A DNA stretch of 64,000 nt, from assembly GCA_016220005.1 (NCBI GenBank), contig JACRIV010000014.1, positions 695 through 64,694 on the forward strand, read 5' to 3'. Origin of the DNA: Deltaproteobacteria bacterium. GTDB taxonomy: Bacteria; Desulfobacterota; Deferrimicrobia; Deferrimicrobiales; Deferrimicrobiaceae. Position 1 is the stretch's first letter. The number at the start of each line of letters is the position of its first letter. Made by a program: the position numbers and the translations under genes. The notes under the pieces are model-generated. The model did no database searches. It saw only the letters and a list, made by a program, of their open reading frames with translations, and was not told the DNA's origin. Positions 22,008 to 30,876 of this stretch are shown here, piece after piece.

Positions 22008-22727
22008 ATGGCGGCGATCCGTCCGAGATCCCGGTTCTTCCTGGTCTTCCTGGCCGTCGCGGCGGGGGGGATTCTCCTCCCCGCTTTTCCCGTATCCGGT
22101 GATCCCGGCAAGTCCCCCCTGGCGGTCCTTGCCCCGGGCGATGGCGCCCTGGTGTCGGCAGGGCGTGTTCTCGTCATCGGGAGAACGGCCGGGGAAGGGA
22201 TCGTGCGGGTGGAGATCGACGTGAACGGCAAGGGGAAGCAGTCCGTCCCGGTCGCCGGCGGGGGGTTTTCGGCTTCGGTCCCCATTGCCGCCGGCAGGAA
22301 CGTCATGCGGGTGAGCGCAGGGAAGGCGTCGGTCACGACCATTGTCTCCGCGGCGGCGAACCTCTCCGCATCGGGCAAGGGGGCATACGTCTACCACGAG
22401 GGGGTGGAGAAGTGCGCCGAATGCCACGGAGCGGGGAGGAAGGGATATGCCGTCGCTTCCCCGAAAGATTCCCTCTGCTACAGGTGCCACGACCGGGTGG
22501 ACGGAAAGAAGCATCTGCACGGCCCGATGGGGAGCGGAGACTGCACGGCGTGCCACGATCCGCACGGTTCGTCCCACAAGTCGCTGACGGTGGCGCGGCC
22601 CGACTCGCTGTGCGTCACGTGCCACGATCAGAGAAGTTCCGAAGGCCATATGAATAAGTCCAGGGGGAAGGCGTGCACGTCTTGTCACGACCCGCACTCG
22701 TCGGACCGATCATTCCTCCAGAAGTAG
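22008..22727 (+). CDS. pentahaem cytochrome c with an N-terminal beta-rich domain
   Basis: Signal peptide and five CxxCH motifs (CAECH, CYRCH, CTACH, CVTCH, CTSCH). Confidence 0.8.
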   Translation: MAAIRPRSRFFLVFLAVAAGGILLPAFPVSGDPGKSPLAVLAPGDGALVSAGRVLVIGRTAGEGIVRVEIDVNGKGKQSVPVAGGGFSASVPIAAGRNVMRVSAGKASVTTIVSAAANLSASGKGAYVYHEGVEKCAECHGAGRKGYAVASPKDSLCYRCHDRVDGKKHLHGPMGSGDCTACHDPHGSSHKSLTVARPDSLCVTCHDQRSSEGHMNKSRGKACTSCHDPHSSDRSFLQK

Positions 22728-22758
22728 TTGTCCGGGGGGAATGACTTTCAGGGGGGAG

Positions 22759-23892
22759 ATGATGGGAAGGAAGGGGAAGGCGGCGAAGGCCCTTGCCTCG
22801 CTTCTGCTTTTTGTCATCGGGTTGTATGCCGCCCCGAAGGCCGCCGCCGCGTTCAAGAACGTCCAGGGGGGGATGGAGGCGCCCGCTTTTCGCCTGAAGG
22901 ACGCGGCAGGCAACGAGGTTTCCCTCGACGCGTTCAGGAAGGAGAAGGCCGTGCTCGTCGTCTTCTGGGCGACGTGGAGCGGCCGGTCGCTTGCGGAGCT
23001 CAAGGACGTCCAGAAACTGCTCGCGGAGATGGAAGCGAAAGGCCTGAAGGCGGTCGCCGTCAACGTGGAGCACGAGCACATGACGGACGAGGACTTGCGG
23101 GCAATCAAGGATAAGGTCGGGGAGCTCAAGCTGACATACCCCGTCGTGTTCGACTCCGGCCTGGAGACGTTCCGCAGCTACGGAGTGGTTGCGGTCCCCT
23201 CCACGGCCATCCTGGGCGAGGGAGGGGTGGTCCGCAGCGCGGTCAACGGCTACCCGACCTTCGTCCTCGCCGAGATCAGGGAACAGGTGGAGGTGCTGCT
23301 GGGCATAAGGAAACCGGAGACCGCCGTGGCGGCGAAGGCGGACACGGCGCATAAGCCGACCCGGCAGGCGCTCCTGAACTACAACCTCGGGCGCAGGCTT
23401 TACGCTTCCGGAATGGCCGACAAGGCCGAGCCGAAGCTCAAGACCGCGGTCGGCGCGGACCCGAACTGGGCGGCTCCCCACGTGCTCCTGGGGGACATCT
23501 ATCTCGCGAAGGCGAGGAAGGACCCGAAGAAGGCCGAGGAGGCGAAGAAGGAGTTCGAGGCCGCCATTGCCGCGGACAAGGGAAACGTGGTGGCGAGGAC
23601 CGGTCTGGCCCGGGTATACTGGAACGCGGGCGCGGCCGCCGACGCCGAGAAGGAAGTCGGCGAGGCGCTTTCGATCAGCGGCTCGTATCCTCCGGCCCTG
23701 ATGCTCAAGGCCGCTGTTCTGGCCAGGAAGGGAAATCTCCCCGAGGCGGACAACCTGATCCGCAGCGCACTCGAGCTTTCCGGGAGGGACCCCGAGGCGC
23801 ATGCCCTGGCAGGACGCGTCTACGAGGAGGCGGGGGAGCTTCAGAAAGCCGCGGGAATGTACCGGAAGGCGTGGCAATTGATCGGGGAGTGA
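22759..23892 (+). CDS. Cys-less TlpA-like thioredoxin-fold domain (WATWSGRS in place of WCxxC) fused to TPR repeats; paralogue of 20980-21990
   Basis: VLVVFWATWSGRSLAELKDV matches the TlpA active-site context with both Cys replaced by Ser. C-terminal TPR repeats. Start chosen at an internal ATG with GGGGGGAGA upstream (ORF track 22741). Confidence 0.6.
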   Translation: MMGRKGKAAKALASLLLFVIGLYAAPKAAAAFKNVQGGMEAPAFRLKDAAGNEVSLDAFRKEKAVLVVFWATWSGRSLAELKDVQKLLAEMEAKGLKAVAVNVEHEHMTDEDLRAIKDKVGELKLTYPVVFDSGLETFRSYGVVAVPSTAILGEGGVVRSAVNGYPTFVLAEIREQVEVLLGIRKPETAVAAKADTAHKPTRQALLNYNLGRRLYASGMADKAEPKLKTAVGADPNWAAPHVLLGDIYLAKARKDPKKAEEAKKEFEAAIAADKGNVVARTGLARVYWNAGAAADAEKEVGEALSISGSYPPALMLKAAVLARKGNLPEADNLIRSALELSGRDPEAHALAGRVYEEAGELQKAAGMYRKAWQLIGE

Positions 23893-23912
23893 CGGGGGGC
23901 GGCACGGCAGAA

Positions 23913-24029
23913 ATGAGGACACGATTCATCGCGTTTCTGATTACCGCCGCGGCGGCCGGCACAGTGCTCGTGTACGGGATATACCGCGAGGAGATCGGCG
24001 AAGTCCTGTTCAACGCCGCGATGCTTTGA
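23913..24029 (+). CDS. possible 38-aa single-TM small protein (MRTRFIAFLITAAAAGTVLVYGIYREEIGEVLFNAAML)
   Basis: An intact ATG-to-TGA ORF with a hydrophobic core in the 165-nt gap before the NapH-like gene. Weak RBS. Below the ORF-track size cutoff. Confidence 0.25.
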   Translation: MRTRFIAFLITAAAAGTVLVYGIYREEIGEVLFNAAML

Positions 24030-24057
24030 CTGTCCTGCATCGGGGTCGGGTGATCCC

Positions 24058-24948
24058 GTGGCATTCCTGAAACGGCGGATCTTCCAGACGCTGGGGACCG
24101 TTCTGCCCAACTCCTACGTCCAGGGGTTTTCCCTTTCCCTGGCACACGGCGCGCTGAAAATCTCCCCGGCCCTGTACCAGGGATCGCTGAAGAGCATCTG
24201 CACGCCCCTCCTGAACTGTTACGCCTGCCCCTCGGCGCTCTTTTCCTGCCCCATCGGGACGCTGCAGCATTTCATGGTGACGGGGAACGTCCCCTATTAC
24301 GCGGCGGGCACGCTCTCTCTGGTGGGCGCTTCGGTGGGGCGCATGACGTGCGGCACCCTCTGCCCGTTCGGGTTCCTCCAGGACCTCCTCTACAAGTTCC
24401 GGAGCTGGAAGGTTTCGATCCCGGTCTGGACCCGCCACTTCCGGTATGCCGTCCTGGCCATCCTCGTCTTCCTGATCCCTTATCTCACCCACGAGAACTG
24501 GTTCTCCAAGCTCTGCCCCATGGGGACGCTGATCGGGGGGCTCACGTGGGTCACCCTCGAGCTGAACGTCCGGGCGATGATCCGTTACCTCTTCTGGGTG
24601 AAGATTTCCATCCTGCTCTTCTTCGTCACCACGTCGCTCCTGGTCAAGCGCCCCTTCTGCCGCGTCGTCTGCCCGCTGGGTGCGATCTTCTCCCTGTTCA
24701 ACAAGTCCAGTTTCATCCAGTTGGCATGGAACCCGGACACCTGCACCCGGTGCGGCAAGTGCCAGAAGATCTGCCCCGTGGACATCCGCCCGGACCGGAA
24801 CCAGACCAACCCGGATTGCCTCCGCTGCCTGGACTGCACGCGCTGCCCCAGCCTGAAGCTGACGACCGTCCTCCACAGGAACCCGTTCGCAATGCCGTCT
24901 CCGGCGGGCAAGGGAGCGGAGGGCGTCGAGGAGGTCCTTGCCCGTTGA
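24058..24948 (+). CDS. NapH/MauN/NosR-type membrane-bound polyferredoxin (4Fe-4S)
   Basis: GTG start. TM helices with CX3CP motifs (CGTLCP, CRVVCP). Two C-terminal ferredoxin clusters CTRCGKCQKICP and CLRCLDCTRCP. Confidence 0.75.
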   Translation: MAFLKRRIFQTLGTVLPNSYVQGFSLSLAHGALKISPALYQGSLKSICTPLLNCYACPSALFSCPIGTLQHFMVTGNVPYYAAGTLSLVGASVGRMTCGTLCPFGFLQDLLYKFRSWKVSIPVWTRHFRYAVLAILVFLIPYLTHENWFSKLCPMGTLIGGLTWVTLELNVRAMIRYLFWVKISILLFFVTTSLLVKRPFCRVVCPLGAIFSLFNKSSFIQLAWNPDTCTRCGKCQKICPVDIRPDRNQTNPDCLRCLDCTRCPSLKLTTVLHRNPFAMPSPAGKGAEGVEEVLAR

Positions 24949-25889
24949 CCGTCCGCAATCGACTCCCGCTCCTCCCGCTCCTCCTGCTCCTCCTCCTCAC
25001 GACTCCGACCGGCGCCGCCGAGGAGCCCCTCGTCCTCTTTCCTCCGGACCTTACCCTGGCCACGGAGGGGAAGATCAAGATCTTCGCCTACGTCCCCGGC
25101 GGGAAGACCCCGCTCTCCGTCTCGGTGAACGGAATCGCGAGGGATCCGTTGAAGGGGGAGGCGTTCCGGAGCGGGGAAGCGGAGCTGTCCCCCGGGATGA
25201 ATCTCCTCGACGTGGGAGGGAAATACCTTCGCGTCTTCCTGATCCCCGGCACGAAAATGGAGCAGTTTCGCATGCCCACGGAAAAAGAGGACGCCCCGCT
25301 CGTCTACCGATCCTTCCGCCTGCACCCCGCGCTGGATGACGGCTGCGCGGGGTGCCACACCCTCGAGGGCGGAAAGCTCAAGGCGATAGACCAGAAAGAG
25401 GCGTGCTACGCCTGCCACGACAATTTCGAGAAGGAGGAGGAGGGGAAGAAGAAATACGTGCACAGCCCCGTGGCCGCCGGGGAGTGCACGGGGTGCCACG
25501 ACCCGCATTTTTCCAGCCGTACCAAGCTTCAAAAGCTCGAAAAGGGGTGTATGGAGTGCCACGATCCCTTCCCGACGGAAGGGGTCGTCCACTATCCCGT
25601 CGGGAACGGGGAGTGCACGGCGTGCCACAGCCCGCACGCGGGGCCGGCCCCGAAGCAGCTCGTCCGCGCCGGCAACGCCCTTTGCCTGGGATGTCACGAG
25701 CACGCCCATATCCAGCACCGGTCCGCGACGGTACTGAAAAATCCGGAAATCACCCAGATTCCCCCCGACATTCCGAGAGAGAAAGACCAGTTGTCCTGCC
25801 TTGCGTGCCATCGGCCCCACCAGTCCGGCGAGCGGCGTCTTTTCCGCAGGAATCAGGGTGAGCTATGCAAGACCTGCCATCTGGTCTAG
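24945..25889 (+). CDS. octahaem cytochrome c
   Basis: Probable TTG start overlapping the upstream stop. Signal peptide. Eight CxxCH motifs. The coding frame is confirmed through the stop at 25889. Confidence 0.7.
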   Translation: MTVRNRLPLLPLLLLLLLTTPTGAAEEPLVLFPPDLTLATEGKIKIFAYVPGGKTPLSVSVNGIARDPLKGEAFRSGEAELSPGMNLLDVGGKYLRVFLIPGTKMEQFRMPTEKEDAPLVYRSFRLHPALDDGCAGCHTLEGGKLKAIDQKEACYACHDNFEKEEEGKKKYVHSPVAAGECTGCHDPHFSSRTKLQKLEKGCMECHDPFPTEGVVHYPVGNGECTACHSPHAGPAPKQLVRAGNALCLGCHEHAHIQHRSATVLKNPEITQIPPDIPREKDQLSCLACHRPHQSGERRLFRRNQGELCKTCHLV

Positions 25890-25918
25890 CGTCCCCCTGA
25901 AAGGGGAATGACAGCCGA

Positions 25919-27415
25919 ATGCGATTTGTTCCCCGTTCCCTGTTCTTCAAGATGTCCCTGTCAATCAGCCTCGTGCTGGCGGTCATCTTCGGGGCGTCCT
26001 CCTACATCACCTTCCGGATCCAGTCCGAACAGGCGCTCGACGCCACCCGCAGCCAGGCGATCCTGCTCACGAGGGCGTTGAAGAACACGATCCGCATCGG
26101 GATGGAGACGGGACACATCGAGTCCCTGATGTCGATCTTCCACACCGTGGGGGCGCTGCCGGGCGTGGAGAAGCTGCGGGTCTTCGACGAGGAGGGCCGG
26201 ATCCTCTACTCGGCGAAGCTGTCGGAAATCGGGAAGCTCACCGACGAGCTCGACTACGCGGTCTACCGGAGCCCCGAGCGGAGCACCCCGTTCCAGAGCG
26301 CCAATACGGGCCACCGCTCGTTCTGCATGGTGGAGCCGGTCGAGAACGAACCGCGGTGCCAGCGATGTCACCGCAGGGAGATCGAGACCCTCGGTGTCCT
26401 CGACGTCTGCCTGTCCATGGAGGAAACCGAGAAAAAGATCGAGTTCAACCGGCTCCTCATGCTCTCCTTCACGGGGCTGGCGATCGTCCTCACCTCGGGC
26501 ATGACCAGCATCCTCCTGAAGCGGTTCGTCTCCAATCCCGTCGCGAAGCTCGTGGGCACGATGGAATCGGTGGAGGCCGGGAAGCTGGACGGGAGGGTGG
26601 ATATCCGCAGCGGCGACGAGCTCGGCCGCCTCGGGAACAGCTTCAACGAGATGATCCGCAAGCTCTCCGAGGCCCAGGCCGAGATCGAGAAGTTCCACCA
26701 CCGGCAGCTGGCACGGGCGGACCGGCTGGCGTCCCTGGGCGAGATGGCCGCCGGGATCGCCCACGAGATCAAGAACCCCCTCGCCGGCATCTACGGCGCG
26801 GCGCAGGTCCTCTCCAAGGAGTTCCCCGAGGGGGACCCCAAGCGCGAGATCCTGGACGAGATGATGGCGCTCATGAAGCGGCTCGACAACACCATCAGGG
26901 ATCTCCTGAACTTCTCCCGGTACACGGAGCCGCAGTTCTCGGAGGCCAGCTTGAACGACGTGATCGACAAGGTCCTGTTCCTCGTGAAGCAGATCCCCGA
27001 AGGGAAGCGGGCGACCATCACCCGGGAGTTCGACCCCGCGATGCCGGAGATCGAGATGGACCAGGAACAGATCAAGCAGGTCTTCCTGAACCTGGTGCTC
27101 AACGCCCTCCAGGCGAAGCCGGGAGGCTGCTCCCTCACCATCCGCACCTATTCGGAAGTCCCGGCGGACGTGCCCGACGTCAAGCATAACGCCCGCTTCG
27201 TGACGGCCTCGGTGACCGACGACGGCCCGGGGATTCCCGCCGACAAGATCGGGAAGATCTTCCAGCCGTTTTTCACCACGAAGGAAGCCGGAACGGGCCT
27301 GGGCCTCTCGATGACCCGGAAGATCCTCGATCTCCACGACGGGTGGATCACCGCTTCCAGCGAGGTGGGGAAAGGGGCCACCTTCCGGGTCTTCCTCCCC
27401 AAGGTCAAGCTGTGA
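25919..27415 (+). CDS. sensor histidine kinase with a haem c-binding (CxxCH) periplasmic sensor domain
   Basis: TM1 (residues about 10-32), a periplasmic domain containing CQRCH, TM2, HAMP, H-box GIAHEIKNPLAGI, and HATPase_c (DDGPGI, GTGLGL). Confidence 0.8.
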   Translation: MRFVPRSLFFKMSLSISLVLAVIFGASSYITFRIQSEQALDATRSQAILLTRALKNTIRIGMETGHIESLMSIFHTVGALPGVEKLRVFDEEGRILYSAKLSEIGKLTDELDYAVYRSPERSTPFQSANTGHRSFCMVEPVENEPRCQRCHRREIETLGVLDVCLSMEETEKKIEFNRLLMLSFTGLAIVLTSGMTSILLKRFVSNPVAKLVGTMESVEAGKLDGRVDIRSGDELGRLGNSFNEMIRKLSEAQAEIEKFHHRQLARADRLASLGEMAAGIAHEIKNPLAGIYGAAQVLSKEFPEGDPKREILDEMMALMKRLDNTIRDLLNFSRYTEPQFSEASLNDVIDKVLFLVKQIPEGKRATITREFDPAMPEIEMDQEQIKQVFLNLVLNALQAKPGGCSLTIRTYSEVPADVPDVKHNARFVTASVTDDGPGIPADKIGKIFQPFFTTKEAGTGLGLSMTRKILDLHDGWITASSEVGKGATFRVFLPKVKL

Positions 27416-27519
27416 CGGAGTGAAACTTCTCCCGGGTGCATTCCGTATACATATCGTGGGCCCTACCCCGGGTGTTCGGTTATAATCGATAAGATTATCT
27501 TAAAGGACCCCCCCAGAAG

Positions 27520-28971
27520 ATGGCGCGTTCCAAGATACTGGTGGTGGACGACGAGCGGATGATCCGCTGGTCCATCCAGCAGGCGCTCTCCAAGGACGGG
27601 CACGCCGTGGCGACGGTGGAGACCGGCGAGGAGGCGGTCGCCCAAGCCACCGACGACACCCCCGACCTCGTCCTGCTGGACATCACCCTTCCCGGAATCG
27701 ACGGGATCGAGGTCCTGCGCCGCCTGAAGGCCCACGAACCCGCCATCACGGTGGTCATGGTCACCGCGACCGAGGAGCTGAAGACCGCCGTCGAGGCGAT
27801 GCGCCTGGGGGCGTATGACTACGTCAGCAAGCCGTTCGACATCGACCGCCTCCGGGTCATCGTCCAGAATGCCCTGGACCGGCACGAGCTGAGCCAGGAA
27901 GTGGAGTTCCACCGGAAGGAATCCGTAAAGAAATACGGTTTCCACCGGATCATCGGGGTCAGCCGCAAGTTGAAGGACGTGGTGGAGATCGCCCGGAAGG
28001 TGGCGAAGTCCGAGGCGGCGACCGTCCTCCTCCAGGGGGAGAGCGGCACCGGAAAGGACCTGCTCGCCCAGGCGATCCACTACGAAAGCAGCCGGGCCAC
28101 CCGCCCCTTCATCCCCATCAACTGCACCGCGCTCCCGGAGGAGCTTCTCGAGTCGGAGCTGATGGGCCACGAGAAGGGCGCCTTCACCGACGCCAAGACG
28201 ACCAAGAAGGGGCTCTTCGAGGTGGCGGTCGGCGGAACGATCTTCCTGGACGAAATCGGCGACATGAAGCCGGGGCTCCAGGCCAAGCTGCTGCGGTTCA
28301 TCGAGGGCAAGGCGTTCCGCCGCGTGGGGGGCCACCGGGACATCTCGGTGGACGTCCGGATCATCGCGGCGACGAACAGCAACCTGGCGGCACTCGTCAA
28401 GAGCGGACAGTTCCGGGAGGACCTCTTTTTCCGGCTGAACGTGATCCCGATCCACATCCCTCCCTTGCGGGAGCGGAGGGAGGACATCCTGCCGCTGGCG
28501 GGACACTACCTTGCCGAGTTTTCCAGCGACTTCAAGCGGGACCTCCGCCGGTTCTCGGAGAGGGCGAAGAGACAAATGCTCTCGCACGACTGGCCGGGGA
28601 ACGTCCGGGAGTTGAGGAACGTAATCGAGCGGGCGATCATCCTGGGCGCCGAGGGGCAGGTGGACACCCTCGACCTGCCGGTTGCGGAGAGCCGGCTGGA
28701 CTGGGGTGCGTACACCGCCGGATCCCCGGACAGTGCAGGGGGAGAGGCCTCGGCGGAACCGGTTGGAGATTCTCCTGCCGGCCCGCCGGAGGGACCAGGC
28801 GCCGTGTTCATTCTTCCCCCCATGGGGATTGTGTTGGAGGACGTGGAGAGGGACTTCATCCGGCAGGCGCTGGAGATGACCCAGGGGAACCAGACAAAGG
28901 CCGCGGAATCACTCGGATTGACGCGGGATGCCTTACGGTACAGGATGAAAAAATACGGTTTCTTGCAATAG
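27520..28971 (+). CDS. sigma-54-dependent response regulator, NtrC family
   Basis: REC domain. AAA+ motifs GESGTGKD, GAFTDA and ESELMGHE. C-terminal Fis-type HTH. Confidence 0.9.
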   Translation: MARSKILVVDDERMIRWSIQQALSKDGHAVATVETGEEAVAQATDDTPDLVLLDITLPGIDGIEVLRRLKAHEPAITVVMVTATEELKTAVEAMRLGAYDYVSKPFDIDRLRVIVQNALDRHELSQEVEFHRKESVKKYGFHRIIGVSRKLKDVVEIARKVAKSEAATVLLQGESGTGKDLLAQAIHYESSRATRPFIPINCTALPEELLESELMGHEKGAFTDAKTTKKGLFEVAVGGTIFLDEIGDMKPGLQAKLLRFIEGKAFRRVGGHRDISVDVRIIAATNSNLAALVKSGQFREDLFFRLNVIPIHIPPLRERREDILPLAGHYLAEFSSDFKRDLRRFSERAKRQMLSHDWPGNVRELRNVIERAIILGAEGQVDTLDLPVAESRLDWGAYTAGSPDSAGGEASAEPVGDSPAGPPEGPGAVFILPPMGIVLEDVERDFIRQALEMTQGNQTKAAESLGLTRDALRYRMKKYGFLQ

Positions 28972-29100
28972 CGGCGATTCACTTCACGCATGCTCAACTG
29001 GGCATTTTCCCTCAAGGCGGGTGATATGGCCGCACGGTAAAAACGAGGCTAAGGCCTCTATTAAAAAAGGTATTCCAAGAAGATAAGGGAAACGCGAATG

Positions 29101-29117
29101 TTGGCACCGAAAATGCT
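29101..29117 (+). promoter_or_regulatory. sigma-54 (-24/-12) promoter: TTGGCACCGAAAATGCT
   Basis: TGGCAC at 29102-29107 and GC at 29115-29116 with the canonical spacing. Lies 130 nt downstream of the sigma-54 activator gene and upstream of the NHL-protein/14-haem cytochrome operon. Confidence 0.6.
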
Positions 29118-29184
29118 CAATTACCGGAGGGGGCAGATGGAAAGGGAAACGTGTGGCAGTTCACGCAGTGCAGGGGGTATGAAG

Positions 29185-30771
29185 ATGTTTTCAAACGGAA
29201 AGGACAGAATGGGCAACTTCTGGAAAAGAGGAATTTTCATCGTTTTTCTGACAGCGATTCTGTTTACATCCGTCGCCGGAGTGGGCCTGGCGGAACTCCC
29301 CCCTCCGACCTGGATGCCGGGGTTCCCGATCATGGCCGGGCCGCAGCTGATGCTGATGTGGTCGCCGGTCGCCGGGGCGGTCAAGTACAAGGTGTTCGTG
29401 AACGGCAAGATGGTCGCCGAAACCGCGGTTTTTCAGCATTTCATGCCGGCGCCCGAGGAGGCCGGTGAGTACAAGGTCAAGGTCGTCGCCGTGGACGCGT
29501 CGGGCAAGGACAGCCCGCCGTCGAGGGAGTGGGTGACGAAGGTGTTCAAGCTCGCCCCCCCCGCAACCGTGTACGATCGGGCCACCGAGAAGTCCGTCAA
29601 CCTCCGCTGGGAGGTGGTCCCGTCCGCGATGGTCTATAACGTTTACAAGCGGGTTGGGAAGGCGACCGAGTACAAGCTGCTGGCCTCCGTGCAGGATACC
29701 TCCTACACCGACTCCGACGTGAAGAAGGACGTGGAGATGCGCTATGCGATTTCCGCCAAAGACGCCTCGGGGAAGGAAAGCGCAAAGTCGAAAGATGTCG
29801 TCGCCATGATCAAGACCGAGGTCATTTCCAAGGCCGCCTATCAGGATCTCATTCCGATCACGAGCAAGGTTCTCATGGTGATGCGGGGCGGGACCCTGCC
29901 CGACGGGCGGGTCGACACGGTGAAGAACCCCGGGGGGGTCACGGAGGTCGAAGGACAGCTTTTCGTCCCTGACGCAACCCGCGGCATCGTCCACGTGTTC
30001 GACCGGGCTTCCGGGGAGTACAAGGGCGCCATCGGCAAGCAGGGGAACGGCCCGGGCCAATTGAACCGGCCGATCGGCATCTCCCATGACCGGGACGGCA
30101 ACCTCCTCGTCTGCGACGCCTTCATGGCCAAGATCGTCCGGCTGAAGCCGTCCGGCGAATTCGTCGACGAATTCCCGTTGCCGCGGTACGTCAACGCGAA
30201 GCTGGACATCAATCTGCAGGCCGGGCCCTCCGACATCCGGCAGCTGTCCACCGGCGAGTTCCTGGTGGTGGACAACGCCAACAGCCGGATCATGCTCCTC
30301 GATCCCTCGGGGAAATACGTCAAAGACATCGCATTCACGGATGCGAAGGGGGCGACCGGGTTTGCCAGGCCCACCTCCATCGACGTCGACTCCAAGGACC
30401 ATCTCTACATCGCCGATGCGCTCAACGGCCGCATCGTGGTAGCGGAAAAGAGCGGCAAGGTCCTGCTCTCCATCGGGCAGCCGGGGGATATCGTCGGGGA
30501 ATTCGGCGGGCTTCTGGGCGTCTGTGCCATCGAGGACATGAAATGGGTGATCGGGGTCGACTCCAAGCACGCCAACCTCCAGATCTTCAGCGCGGAAACG
30601 GGGAAATACCTGTATTCGGTGGCATCCGAGGACAAGAAGGTCGCACTCCTCCTGTCGATCCCGCAGCGTGCGACGCGACTTTCCGACACGACGATCGCGG
30701 TGTCGGAGGCGTTGATCGACTCGAAGGGCGGGGGGATCAAGATCATCTCGATCGACAAGCAGGTGAAGTGA
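29185..30771 (+). CDS. secreted NHL-repeat beta-propeller protein with N-terminal Ig/FN3-like domains
   Basis: Signal peptide. NHL-like blades (GPGQLNRPIGISHDRDGNLLVCD, SRIMLLDPSGKYV, HLYIADALNGRIVV). The start was moved downstream of the sigma-54 promoter to the ATG at 29185, which has an AGGGGG RBS. Confidence 0.6.
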   Translation: MFSNGKDRMGNFWKRGIFIVFLTAILFTSVAGVGLAELPPPTWMPGFPIMAGPQLMLMWSPVAGAVKYKVFVNGKMVAETAVFQHFMPAPEEAGEYKVKVVAVDASGKDSPPSREWVTKVFKLAPPATVYDRATEKSVNLRWEVVPSAMVYNVYKRVGKATEYKLLASVQDTSYTDSDVKKDVEMRYAISAKDASGKESAKSKDVVAMIKTEVISKAAYQDLIPITSKVLMVMRGGTLPDGRVDTVKNPGGVTEVEGQLFVPDATRGIVHVFDRASGEYKGAIGKQGNGPGQLNRPIGISHDRDGNLLVCDAFMAKIVRLKPSGEFVDEFPLPRYVNAKLDINLQAGPSDIRQLSTGEFLVVDNANSRIMLLDPSGKYVKDIAFTDAKGATGFARPTSIDVDSKDHLYIADALNGRIVVAEKSGKVLLSIGQPGDIVGEFGGLLGVCAIEDMKWVIGVDSKHANLQIFSAETGKYLYSVASEDKKVALLLSIPQRATRLSDTTIAVSEALIDSKGGGIKIISIDKQVK

Positions 30772-30876
30772 TACTCCATCCGGAAAGGAGGGATGAGCGC
30801 GCCGTCCACGTTATTGAAGTGGCTTGTTTAAGGCTCGCATGGAACGCATGAGCGCAACACAAAAAAGGAGGAAAGG

